From the sequence record PP438435.1: a DNA stretch of 64,000 nt. One strand, 5' to 3'. Made by a program: the position numbers and the translations under genes. Below, piece by piece: positions 54,728 through 63,976 of the stretch; within the stretch, counting starts at the first letter, position 1; every line of letters starts with the position of its first letter. The notes below the pieces were generated by a model that ran no database searches, was not told the origin of the DNA, and worked only from the letters and a program-made list of their open reading frames with translations.

Positions 54728-55870
54728 TCAGGCCCCGCTGCCACGCCGCTGCGACAGCGACACGACGCCATCGCCGCCGGGCGACGCATCGCCCGCGCCG
54801 AGCGCCTGGGCTTCCGCCATCGCCGTGGGATCGATGAAGCTCATGTACTTGAGCATGCCGCGGGCGTTTGCGAGATCAGCTTGCTCGGCGACGTACACAT
54901 GGGGGTACTCACGCGTGAGCGCTTCGCGGAGCACGACGCTTCCGCCACCCACGAACAGCAGCCGATCCAGGTTGGCGCCAGAACCAATACGCCGCTGAAC
55001 TTCCGTCACCAGACGGCGCGCCGTCTCCGTGGCTGCCGCGGCGATCTCCTGCGAAACGTCGTGGGGCTTTCCCCAGAGCTTCAGCGTGCCACCACGAACC
55101 GCAGCCTCGAGCTGGACCGGGTTGATGTCCTTGATGTTGAAGCGCTGCTGCAGCATCGGCAGCAACGCGTCAATCACATCCAACATGCCGAGGTCCACGC
55201 TGCCACTGCGCCCGCGGGCGAGCACCGGCGTAGAACCTTCGACCCACACGACCGCGAAATCGGTGGTTCGGCCGCCGACATCGATGATTCCAATCACGAG
55301 GTCGCGCCGGTCGACGGGCTCGCCATCGTCGTGGGTATCGCTGATCGGTTGCCCGTTCTCGTCGATCACATGGTCCACCCACGCACTGAGCGCCTGCGCA
55401 TACACATGCTGGTGAACGGGGGCAGCGATGGGCTCACCGCCGAGCGACACCACGGGTCGGGCGAGAGAACCCTTCTTCGCATCCTGGGCGCCGTCCTCGA
55501 AGTAGCCGCGCATCGGAAGAGCGGTCCCAAGAACAATCTTGCGACCGCCGAAACCGGCACGAATCAGGGTGTGGTGCACAAGCGCCCGATTGAGGTCCGA
55601 GACCGCGTAATCCGGGACACGGGTCTGCTCGATGTCACCACCGATGCCACGGGACGCGATCGTGAACTCGATTGCGCGCCCAGCCGCATCCGTGCCGACG
55701 TTGTACGCGCCTGCGGAACGGTCGTCGGCATCGCTCATCACGCGCCCGCGCACGGCAGCGCTCGGCACGGACACAGAATCGATCTTGCCATCACGCCAGA
55801 AGGCGCACTTGTTTACTGCGTAGCCGTCATCCAGAGCGACGATGCAGTTCAGCTTCAACGGGTTCGTCAT
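54728..55870 (-). CDS. parM: Actin-like plasmid segregation ATPase ParM/StbA
   Basis: LDDGYAVNK, IDVGGRTTD, FVGGGS, ANARG. Confidence 0.92.
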   Translation of the reverse strand: MTNPLKLNCIVALDDGYAVNKCAFWRDGKIDSVSVPSAAVRGRVMSDADDRSAGAYNVGTDAAGRAIEFTIASRGIGGDIEQTRVPDYAVSDLNRALVHHTLIRAGFGGRKIVLGTALPMRGYFEDGAQDAKKGSLARPVVSLGGEPIAAPVHQHVYAQALSAWVDHVIDENGQPISDTHDDGEPVDRRDLVIGIIDVGGRTTDFAVVWVEGSTPVLARGRSGSVDLGMLDVIDALLPMLQQRFNIKDINPVQLEAAVRGGTLKLWGKPHDVSQEIAAAATETARRLVTEVQRRIGSGANLDRLLFVGGGSVVLREALTREYPHVYVAEQADLANARGMLKYMSFIDPTAMAEAQALGAGDASPGGDGVVSLSQRRGSGA

Positions 55871-55886
55871 CTTGTACTCCCCACTA

Positions 55887-56189
55887 TCAATCGAAGGTTG
55901 CACTCACCGACGGTCGTAGGCGCCGGTGAGTGAGGTGGCTACGTCTGTAGCCGAGCGTCACGATCCACAGTGCTGCAGAGCGCACACCGGCTACCGGTGA
56001 CACGCGGAACAGCCCTAGGATCATGAAGATGGTGGTCGAGCCCAGGGCCAGGTAGAAGGTCCAAGGGCGCGCCCAGAAAAGCAGAATGAGGAACGGGAAG
56101 AGCGCTCGCGCATCGATCACCCCCAGAATCTTTGGGGTCTCTGCGGTGAAGCGCCACATGCAGCTCTTGCCGATCAAAGACTCAGACAT
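55887..56189 (-). CDS. icmT: IcmT/TraK
   Basis: MWRFTA..PKI...DARA.FP. Confidence 0.85.
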   Translation of the reverse strand: MSESLIGKSCMWRFTAETPKILGVIDARALFPFLILLFWARPWTFYLALGSTTIFMILGLFRVSPVAGVRSAALWIVTLGYRRSHLTHRRLRPSVSATFD

Positions 56190-57333
56190 GACCTGCACCT
56201 TCCTTCCATTCCGCTTCGATCAACTCGAACTCGCCAGCAGCGAGTTCGTCGTAGTGCCGCTCAGCGGCACACAGCAGGGATTGGTGGCGCTCACGCACCC
56301 ACCTGTGGACGAGGGGCTGAAGCGCATCCGGATCCGTCTTCGCCAGCACGTGGCGCATGTCCTGATCGACAACCAACCACTCACGCAACGCCACGCGCCC
56401 GCCCGACTTCGCACGTACGAGCCGCTGCGTCATCATCAAACGAATCACGTCGACCAAGCGCGCCTGGATGCCGCGCATCTCGTCGCGCGGGTACTCGGCC
56501 ACCATGCGCGGCAGCGCAGCCGCGACAGAGTGCGCGTGCAGAGTGGTGTACACCGCATGGCCGGTGAGGGCGGCCGTGACCGTTGCACCGATAGTGGGTC
56601 GATCACGAGCCTCACCGACCAGGATGACGTTCGGCGCGCGACGCAGCGCGTTGGAAACGCCTTCAGAGAAGGTCTGCACGTGCCGAGGGACTTCTGTCTG
56701 CGTCACCAGCCCCTTCGATCCGGGCTTCACGCCCAAGTTGAACTCGATAGGGCTTTCGTACGTGATGATGTTGAGCGGGTAATTCGTGGCGATGTCGTCG
56801 ACCATGGCCGCGAGCGTGGTCGACTTACCGGTGCCGGTGGCGCCAATCACCAGGACGAGTCCTTGCGACAGCGCAACATCGCGATGCGCATCGACGATGG
56901 CCTGCTCCAACCGCACATCGTCCAGAGTTGGCGTGTGCTCCGGGATCACGCGCAGAACGACGTCGATTCCGTTCACCGTATCGGAAGTCGCTCCGGCAGT
57001 AGCGTTGACGCGAAAGCGCAGGCGGCGCGTCCGGGCAGAGCCGATCTGGTAGGCGAAATCGATGGGCGAGCCGCCAGACAGCAATGCGGGTGCGTTGGCT
57101 GCGTACATGACGGACAAGAGCTCTTCCAGCTCCTGGCGCACCAGACGACGATTGGCAATGCGTCGCCAACTGCCAGCGAAACGCGCAGCGGGGCGCTCAT
57201 CCGACTGCAGCTTGATGTCTGAGACCTTCTGGTTGACAGCCCATTCAAGCAGCGCAGCCAGCTCCGCCACGCCAAGACGCGGCGGATCCTGATCGCCCCA
57301 CGGCGACGGGCTGGAGCCCCCGGCATTGCTCAC
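56182..57333 (-). CDS. dotB: DotB/TraJ ATPase
   Basis: SDIKLQS, GATGTGKSTT, ITYESPIEF, LRRAP..ILVGEARD, TGH..Y.TLH, ALREW. Confidence 0.92.
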   Translation of the reverse strand: MSNAGGSSPSPWGDQDPPRLGVAELAALLEWAVNQKVSDIKLQSDERPAARFAGSWRRIANRRLVRQELEELLSVMYAANAPALLSGGSPIDFAYQIGSARTRRLRFRVNATAGATSDTVNGIDVVLRVIPEHTPTLDDVRLEQAIVDAHRDVALSQGLVLVIGATGTGKSTTLAAMVDDIATNYPLNIITYESPIEFNLGVKPGSKGLVTQTEVPRHVQTFSEGVSNALRRAPNVILVGEARDRPTIGATVTAALTGHAVYTTLHAHSVAAALPRMVAEYPRDEMRGIQARLVDVIRLMMTQRLVRAKSGGRVALREWLVVDQDMRHVLAKTDPDALQPLVHRWVRERHQSLLCAAERHYDELAAGEFELIEAEWKEGAGHV

Positions 57334-58178
57334 TGCAGCACCTCTTCCTGCAGCACGCGCACACGCGGAGACGAGGGCACGGCAGCGCGCGGCATGGCGC
57401 GCCACTCGCGCGGACTGGCGAAAGCCGCTGCCTGGCGCACAGTGAACAGTGCGTCCTCGATCCGAACGACCTCATCTTCGGTCACGATGCCGAAATCAGT
57501 CTGCCCGATGGCGGCCGGCTGGATGATCTTCTGATCGACCAGCATCCGATAGCGCACGCGACCGAGGTAGGCCTCGCTCAGCACAGCCAGCTCCCCGCGA
57601 AAAACTGCGTCAGCCTGCCGGCGCCCCACGCTCCATGCCTCTTCGAGCGCCGCGCGCCACACCTCGCGCTCTGCGGCGTTGGTGGGGAGCAAGTCGTCGG
57701 ACGGACGCTCCGCAGCCACGGTCGAGGAAGCCCCCCAGGCGGACAGGTAGTCGCGCCACGTTGGCGCTGCGGTCACGAGCTTGGCCGCCTCGACGATGCG
57801 GAGCACTCGGCCCGTTTCGCGAAGCTGCGTGCCGTCAGCCTCAATGGCACTCACTTCACGCACCAGCTCGACAGCCGGCACGAGGAGGCGTCCTTGATCC
57901 AGGAGCACGTTGAAGTTGTAGATCCGATCGAGCTCAGGCGCCATGGCCTGCAGCCGCTCGCGGATCTCGGCGGCGCGTTCCTTGTAAGCAATGCTGACGC
58001 CGGTGGCGAGCGCAGCTTCTCGCACGGCAGCTTCTCGCACTGCGCGAGCAGCATCGCCCTCGATAGCCCGCGCAGTGCGAGGCTTCATCGCCTCAACCTC
58101 AGCGCGAACCGAGACTTGCGCGGACGCCGAAGTCAACGTCAACGCGGAAAGCAGCAGAGCCAGCCCGACCCGCACCAT
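57330..58178 (-). CDS. dotC: DotC/TraI
   Basis: VREAAL..G, LDRIYNF..L, APTWRDYL, G.RQAD..F. Confidence 0.88.
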   Translation of the reverse strand: MVRVGLALLLSALTLTSASAQVSVRAEVEAMKPRTARAIEGDAARAVREAAVREAALATGVSIAYKERAAEIRERLQAMAPELDRIYNFNVLLDQGRLLVPAVELVREVSAIEADGTQLRETGRVLRIVEAAKLVTAAPTWRDYLSAWGASSTVAAERPSDDLLPTNAAEREVWRAALEEAWSVGRRQADAVFRGELAVLSEAYLGRVRYRMLVDQKIIQPAAIGQTDFGIVTEDEVVRIEDALFTVRQAAAFASPREWRAMPRAAVPSSPRVRVLQEEVLQ

Positions 58179-58179
58179 G

Positions 58180-58665
58180 TCAGCGGTACACCACTTCGAT
58201 GGTGCGCGACGGCGAACGCACGATGACGTTGGCTCGGCTACCGGCCTGCTGGCCAAGCGATCGGAGCAGGTGACCCGCCGAATCGCCGGCAGAGCTCACC
58301 AGAACAACGATCGGTTGCGAGGGGCGCGCGCCAACCACCATGAACTCCCAGCCGACGAACGCGGCAACCGCTTCGACGGCCTGCTCGAGCTCACCGTGCC
58401 AGTCCATCTCCACGCTCACCTGAAGGTCGGCGGGCAAGCGCTCCAGCGGGAAAGTCGCGGGAGGCACCTGCTGGCTCAAGCCGCCGTTCATCGCCGACTG
58501 CCCCATGAGACCGTTCAACGCAATGCTGACGTGCTCTGCGTGTGACGAGATCTCAGCCATCAGCGGGTCCGGCTGAGCGGGGATGGCCTTGGGCGCAGAT
58601 GCGCAAGCAGACAGTGACAACAGCGCAAGAGCAGCAACGCACGCTTGGTTTCGGATCCGCTTCAT
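58180..58665 (-). CDS. dotD: DotD/TraH lipoprotein
   Basis: Lipobox LSAC, DWHGELE, LLRSLGQQAG. Confidence 0.88.
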   Translation of the reverse strand: MKRIRNQACVAALALLSLSACASAPKAIPAQPDPLMAEISSHAEHVSIALNGLMGQSAMNGGLSQQVPPATFPLERLPADLQVSVEMDWHGELEQAVEAVAAFVGWEFMVVGARPSQPIVVLVSSAGDSAGHLLRSLGQQAGSRANVIVRSPSRTIEVVYR

Positions 58666-58818
58666 GCAAGCACCTTCTAGGTTCGGGTCGCGGGCCTGAC
58701 GCCCGTGTTTGTGCGCGTAGTGTATGCAGATTAGGCGAACTCTCGCCGGCGCGCAAGTAGCTCACGGGCGCCAATTCGGCACCACCCCCGCGGCCCCGCC
58801 CGTCAACCTCGGCGGCAC

Positions 58819-58907
58819 ATTATGCCGCACGCTTGCCCACCCTATGCCGCACGCCTGCGCCCCCTTGCGCTTTTTCTGCGGCATTCGCATGCCATCGCCA
58901 CGGCATA
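58819..58907. promoter_or_regulatory. Repeated ATGCCG(CA) boxes upstream of the tra/pil operon
   Basis: TATGCCGCACGC at 58821 and 58843; inverted TGCGGCAT at 58877 and CGGCATA at 58901; minus-strand CATAAT at 58824-58819. Confidence 0.5.
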
Positions 58908-59400
58908 CATTCCTCGTATCTACCTGTTTCCTTGATATTTCATAGCAATTTTCGCGCGCCGCTTACTCTTCCGCGCCGCATCTCCGACCATCCAGCACGC
59001 TACGGGTTAACGCATGGCGCCCGGCAAGCACGCCTACAGCGTGCTCATCATGAGCTCAATGCGCACTTGTGCAGGCGCTAAGCGCGCCGCGAAGCCTGCC
59101 CACAGCGCGCAAAACAACCACCGCCACCCAGGCGCGACAGCCGCACCCGAGCCAGCGGCCACGATCACGCATCGCCCGCCGCAGTGGCGCTGGCGAGCAT
59201 ACCCATCCTGCGGCACACAGCGACGTCAGGCCGATACCGACACGCCATCTCGCCGACGCACATTGCCGCACCGCCACGGCCTATTTGCCGCCCCGAACAC
59301 CCTTCCATGCCGCCGTGATGCTCTTTCTGTGTCGCCTTGGCGTCGTGCATACACGTTTTCTGCGGCATCTTGGTGTTCTAGGCTCTTGTTTTTCCTGCTT

Positions 59401-60669
59401 TTATGGCCCTGCACGCTTTATCGGCGTCAATATAGCTTCCGCGCGCACCATAGCCTGCCTCCATTCGGCACAACGCGCCAACAGCTTGCGCGCTTCAGCT
59501 GCAAGCGCCACCCGCGCCGAAACCCATCGATCCAGTCGAGACCTCACGCGGTCAAGCCACGATCGCAATCGCGCCTGTGCGTCCCCCGTCGACACACCGA
59601 GCGATGGGCTACCGAGGCGCGCAAACTCCTCTGCAGCGAACAGCCGCAGGGACTCCGCGGCCTTGCGGCGCGCCTCGAGCTCCACACGCTCCGCCTCAGC
59701 GGCACGACGCAGCCTCTCGAACTTGCGCGACCTCGCGATCCAGGCCTCGACATCGGGCGGCTCAAACGCGGCGCGCCGCTGCGCGAGCGCGAGATCTACC
59801 GCGCTTTCCACGTGATGCAACCGCCGACGCAAGTGCCGGGCGATGACTGGGGCAAGTACCGGTGAGGGCGACCGCCATGCGTCGCCCTCGGTGCAGGCTG
59901 ACCGCAGCGAAGCATTGATCCGAGTCCTGCGATCGCGACTGTCAAGCGGCGTGCCCGACCACGGCACCGCGCGCGGCGGAAGGCCGGGGCGTGGTGAGGG
60001 GGACCGAGCATTGCGATTGATCGCGTGCCAGCGGCCCAGGTGCACTGTAGGGGGGCGGTCGATGCCCTGCTCTGCCAGCGTCCGGTGATCAATACGCTCG
60101 CTGCGCCCTGCCCGCTCGAGCGATGCGTTGGCAGCGAGCATCCAGGATTGTCGCCACCGGTCAACGAGCGAGCCATTGGGCGCAGATCGGCGCCCCCAAC
60201 CGTCCCAGCTCCGGACCTTGGCGCCGAATCCGTGCGCGTTGACCTCGCGCGTCGTCAGCAACACGTGGAAATGCGGGTTGTCGCCATCAAGGTCGTGGAA
60301 GCACACATCTCCGACCATGCCTAGAGACACGGCCTCGGCACGAACCCACCCGAGCCCCAGCTCAAGCATCACCGCCCGGGGCAACTCGCGCGGCAGCGCG
60401 ACGTCCAACTCTCGTGCCACCCGCGCGTCAGATCGGCCCTCACTCAACTCGACCGCATTCCACAGCTGGCTGCGGCCCAACATCCAAACGGGAGCGCCCC
60501 CTGGCAGCAAGATCTCCCGATGGAAGACGCCGCCCTTCCGCGTGTAGTCGTGAACCTCTCCAGTCCTGACATCCACGATGCGCTCGCCCGCACGGTACGC
60601 AGCAGCGGCCGTGGCAGATCTGCCGTTGCCCCGGCTAAGCGTCTGGACGTGGAGGTGATAGATCGCCAT
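59401..60669 (-). CDS. mobA: MobA/MobL (MOBQ) relaxase
   Basis: MAIYHL, SATAAAAYRAG, DYTRKGGV, ARELDVALP.EL, HD...NPHFH, RIDHRTL..QG..R.PTVHLG. Confidence 0.95.
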   Translation of the reverse strand: MAIYHLHVQTLSRGNGRSATAAAAYRAGERIVDVRTGEVHDYTRKGGVFHREILLPGGAPVWMLGRSQLWNAVELSEGRSDARVARELDVALPRELPRAVMLELGLGWVRAEAVSLGMVGDVCFHDLDGDNPHFHVLLTTREVNAHGFGAKVRSWDGWGRRSAPNGSLVDRWRQSWMLAANASLERAGRSERIDHRTLAEQGIDRPPTVHLGRWHAINRNARSPSPRPGLPPRAVPWSGTPLDSRDRRTRINASLRSACTEGDAWRSPSPVLAPVIARHLRRRLHHVESAVDLALAQRRAAFEPPDVEAWIARSRKFERLRRAAEAERVELEARRKAAESLRLFAAEEFARLGSPSLGVSTGDAQARLRSWLDRVRSRLDRWVSARVALAAEARKLLARCAEWRQAMVRAEAILTPIKRAGP

Positions 60670-60763
60670 CAGCGCCTCCCTGGCGCAGTCAGGACAGCAC
60701 TCGCCGACCCCCTAACGACCACCCCGTGGGTGCATCGCTGCGCGGGCGACAGAGGGGCGTAGA

Positions 60764-60785
60764 CCGGTTTCCACGTGGAAACCGG
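60764..60785. promoter_or_regulatory. parS-like perfect palindrome
   Basis: CCGGTTTCCACGTGGAAACCGG; core resembles chromosomal parS TGTTNCACGTGAAACA; upstream of parB. Confidence 0.7.
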
Positions 60786-60828
60786 GGCGCCATTTCGACG
60801 GAACGTACCACACGAGGGCGCCGATGTG

Positions 60829-60840
60829 TAAGTGCGCACT
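60829..60840 (+). other. Putative oriT nic site (MOBQ type)
   Basis: TAAGTGCGCACT versus the MOBQ consensus TAAGTGCG^CCCT, about 160 bp upstream of the relaxase. Confidence 0.65.
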
Positions 60841-60919
60841 TGCTTCACCGAGAGCGCAATGCGATAGTCAGGCATCGAGCGCAAGACGCTCGGCGACGCA
60901 ACAACGAGATCGATCACGA

Positions 60920-61894
60920 ATGGCCAGCGCAAACGACCCCCGCGACACGTCAACGGACGACGAGCGCGGCATCGCACCGCACGGATCGCCAACGAAACCC
61001 GGCACGGTCACGCCGCTGAACCGCCTGGCGGCCGCAGCACCCGTCGACCTCGACGCTCAGGTCGAGCGGTCAGCGCTGCGGCCGCTCGGTGACGTCTCGC
61101 TCGACGAGATCGCCCCAGACCCGACGCAGCCACGCAAGACTTTCGAGCGCGAGGCCCTCGCCGACCTCGCAGCGACGATCGCAAGCCATGGCGTCATCCA
61201 GCCCATCACCGTGCGCCGACGCGACCCTGCGCGCGACGCCGGCGTACCTCCAGGCTGCAAGTGGATCCTGATTAGTGGCGAACGCCGCTGGCGGGCATCC
61301 GCAATCGCACAGCGCCGCGTGATTCCGGCCTGCGAGCGCGTCGACACAGACCCAACGAGCGTTGCCGAAGCGGCATTGATCGAGAACGTACAAAGGGCCG
61401 ATCTCAATCCGATCGAGCTCGCCGACCACCTCGCCGAGCTGGAGCTTCGCGGCCGGACTCGGGATCAACTCGCCGCGCTCTTGGGCGGCAAGTCGAAGGG
61501 ATCGATCAGCAAACTACTGTCGCTCCGCGATCTCCCGAATGAAGCCAAGCGCGCGTTGCGCGAGGGGCGCATCCAAGCTGGACATGGCTTCCTCCTGGTC
61601 CAATTCCCGGCGGTATCCATCAACGGCCTGATCGAGCAGATCGAGGCCCGGTCGCTCAGCGTGCGACAGCTGGAGGGCTTGCTCCAACAGCACAAGACCG
61701 CACAACCCCCCCAGAAGAAAGCGCCGAAGCAAGACGCTGACATCAAGCGCTTGGAGACGCGCCTAGGCGAGCTGCTGGGCACCCGAATCAGCGTGCAGCG
61801 CACGCCGAAAGGCACCGGCGAGCTGCGAATCAGTTTCACCAGCAACGACGTGCTCAGCGGGATCCTCGAGCGCATCGGCTACACGGAGGAATGA
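60920..61894 (+). CDS. parB: ParB/Spo0J CTPase, chromosomal-type architecture
   Basis: QPRKTF, GVIQPITVR, SGERRWRA, ENVQRADL, HTH, C-terminal dimerisation domain. Confidence 0.92.
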   Translation: MASANDPRDTSTDDERGIAPHGSPTKPGTVTPLNRLAAAAPVDLDAQVERSALRPLGDVSLDEIAPDPTQPRKTFEREALADLAATIASHGVIQPITVRRRDPARDAGVPPGCKWILISGERRWRASAIAQRRVIPACERVDTDPTSVAEAALIENVQRADLNPIELADHLAELELRGRTRDQLAALLGGKSKGSISKLLSLRDLPNEAKRALREGRIQAGHGFLLVQFPAVSINGLIEQIEARSLSVRQLEGLLQQHKTAQPPQKKAPKQDADIKRLETRLGELLGTRISVQRTPKGTGELRISFTSNDVLSGILERIGYTEE

Positions 61895-62160
61895 CCATGC
61901 GCAGCATCCAAGCCATCGTTCGCATCCGCACACCACACTGGGCCAATCCCTTCGCTCGGCGCCGCGTCGAAGAGCGTCTCGTCGGCGATTCGCCCCTCAC
62001 GGGAACAAACTGGCTGATCGAATACTCGCCTTCAGCCAACGGCCACGAGATCAGCGTCGAGGGAGCGACCATCAGCTCCAGCGACCGGTTGGCCATCACC
62101 CAAGCGGCTTTCTCAGCGCTTGCGTCCGCGTTGGACGAGGTGACCGATGCAAGCCGCTGA
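61891..62160 (+). CDS. Small hypothetical protein
   Basis: ATGA coupling to parB. Confidence 0.55.
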   Translation: MTMRSIQAIVRIRTPHWANPFARRRVEERLVGDSPLTGTNWLIEYSPSANGHEISVEGATISSSDRLAITQAAFSALASALDEVTDASR

Positions 62161-62959
62161 CGCCCTGGTAAAAGCCCAGCTGGACCGTCTGCCAGTATTG
62201 CCGGCGATCGCGCACCAGCTCATCAGGAGCTTCGACGATCCCGACATCCGAACCGATGCCATCGCGACATCCATCGCCTCGGATCCGGTGCTTGCAGGCC
62301 GCATCCTGCGGGCCGCGAACAGCGCCTATTTCAGCCCGCCCCGCCCGCTGGACACGATCGAGCAGGCGCTGCGCTACCTGGGATTCGGACAGATCCGGTC
62401 GATCATCTTGACGAGTGTCCTGCAGACGTCGATCCCTGCCGGTTTCGGCGACCTGACCGCGTACTGGCGGCGATCTTTGCGAACAGCGGCGTACGCCAAG
62501 ACACTTGCGGGCTGGCTCAATGCGCCAGGCGAGTCGTCGTACCTGCTCGGGCTCGTCCATGACCTGGGCTATCTGATCCTCCGGCTCGCGGCACCCAGCG
62601 AGATCGCCGACATCGAGCGGCAGTGCAAGGGCAGGGCGATGCAGCTGGCCGCAGAGCACAGCACCTTGGGCTGCTCCTCACTTGCCGTGACCGCCGCGCT
62701 GCTTCGCATCTGGAGCTTCCCGGAGCAGCACTGGTTCGCCGTCGACGCCGACAACTGCCATACGCATCACGTCCGATCGGACTGCCCACCGCTAGGCCCC
62801 CTCGGGGCCACGCTGCATATCGCCCGGCATCTCGCAGCCGGTGATAGCCCCACGCTAGGAGCCCACGAACTCGCCCTCGAAGGACTGACGATCGACACCA
62901 CCTCAGAAGCACTCGCTGAGGTTGACGTCAGCGGCATCGAGGCCTTGGTCGGCCACTAG
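62147..62959 (+). CDS. HDOD domain protein
   Basis: LPVLPAIA, IASDPVLAGRILRAANSAYF, GLVHDLG. Confidence 0.9.
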   Translation: MQAADALVKAQLDRLPVLPAIAHQLIRSFDDPDIRTDAIATSIASDPVLAGRILRAANSAYFSPPRPLDTIEQALRYLGFGQIRSIILTSVLQTSIPAGFGDLTAYWRRSLRTAAYAKTLAGWLNAPGESSYLLGLVHDLGYLILRLAAPSEIADIERQCKGRAMQLAAEHSTLGCSSLAVTAALLRIWSFPEQHWFAVDADNCHTHHVRSDCPPLGPLGATLHIARHLAAGDSPTLGAHELALEGLTIDTTSEALAEVDVSGIEALVGH

Positions 62960-62969
62960 ACCACAGACA

Positions 62970-63213
62970 CCATACGGATTTCGGCGCATCCGTATGGATA
63001 GAATATTTCAGAAGATTCAACCGGTTACAAACCCGCAAGGGGGCTTCAACCACAGGTATGACCTTCTGCCAGCTTTGGATGCCTGAAGCCGGCGAACAAC
63101 CTTCCTTAAAACAGGACCTTAGGCGATCCCCGGGCCCTCGCCATACGTAGCGAACACCAAGCGTATGGTTTTGAAGAATCGCGGAAACTCTCCATACGCC
63201 ATCGCGCGTATGG
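62970..63213. repeat. Three CCATACG...CGTATGG inverted repeats
   Basis: 62970-62997, 63141-63168 and 63192-63213. Confidence 0.85.
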
Positions 63214-63323
63214 GCAGGCTCATAAGCCTCTAACATCAAAGGCTTAGGTTCTGCTGAAGCCCCCTCCACCCATATCCTTATCCTGATTCCTTCTCTCCTT
63301 CGGAGAGAGAAAAAAAGGGGAGC

Positions 63324-63339
63324 GCTCCCGCCAGGGAGC
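63324..63339 (-). terminator. Possible minus-strand terminator
   Basis: GCTCCC-GCCA-GGGAGC followed on the minus strand by GCTCCCCTTTTTTT. Confidence 0.4.
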
Positions 63340-63944
63340 AACATGAGCGTGCAGACAATCCGCACCAGCGCGCGGGCACGCGCAAGATGCCCGGGATCAA
63401 AGGCGGCAGTCTCTGGGGACAGGGTGGGGCTTGAAGATGCTGTCAGGTGCGTGCTAACTTGCTTCCGCCCTGAAATCGAGGGCCCGGGGTGTACCAGACC
63501 CCGGGCCCATCAAATCGATCAAGGGAACAACCGGAAAGTTCCGCGACCGAGCGCGTTGCGCGTCTCGGCTGATCGACTTCCGGTGATTTTACCTTCAAGC
63601 GCCTCGCGCTTGCAACCGGAAAGTGCGGATGAATCCGTCAAAACCCTCGGTAGCACCCGGCTTTTTTCGGCGCCGTTCATCCGCGCCTGATGCCGCTGCG
63701 CGCCTAGAGATTTCCCCTTTCTGGCCTCGTCAGCCTCTAGCCCCCAGGTGCGCGGGGCACCCCTGGACACTGCGTCCGCGGACTTGGGCCGGCGGGCAGG
63801 CGTTGCCTGCTCGCCGCGGCGGTGGTAGTTTGCGAACTGGCTATGCGCTGCGCAAACGAGCGCTCAACAATTCTGTGACACCCGTGATGCCTGCTGCACC
63901 ACCAGCGCTCCTGCGCCACCCCCCGCCGAAACGCGGGCAATAAA

Positions 63945-63976
63945 AAACCCGAGGGCCCTGGCAGGCCCTCGGGTTT
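63945..63976 (-). terminator. Intrinsic terminator of a minus-strand transcript from beyond the window
   Basis: AAACCCGAGGGCC-CTGGCA-GGCCCTCGGGTTT with a T6 tract on the minus strand. Confidence 0.75.

Noticed and set aside
24-58939. Identical 12-mer TTCCTTGATATT at 24 and 58928
   Set aside because: A single short match is expected by chance in 64 kb; no extended similarity
59014-59865. ORFs in and across the dotD-mobA gap
   Set aside because: Arg/Pro-rich shadow ORFs, partly antisense to mobA, with no RBS or domain support
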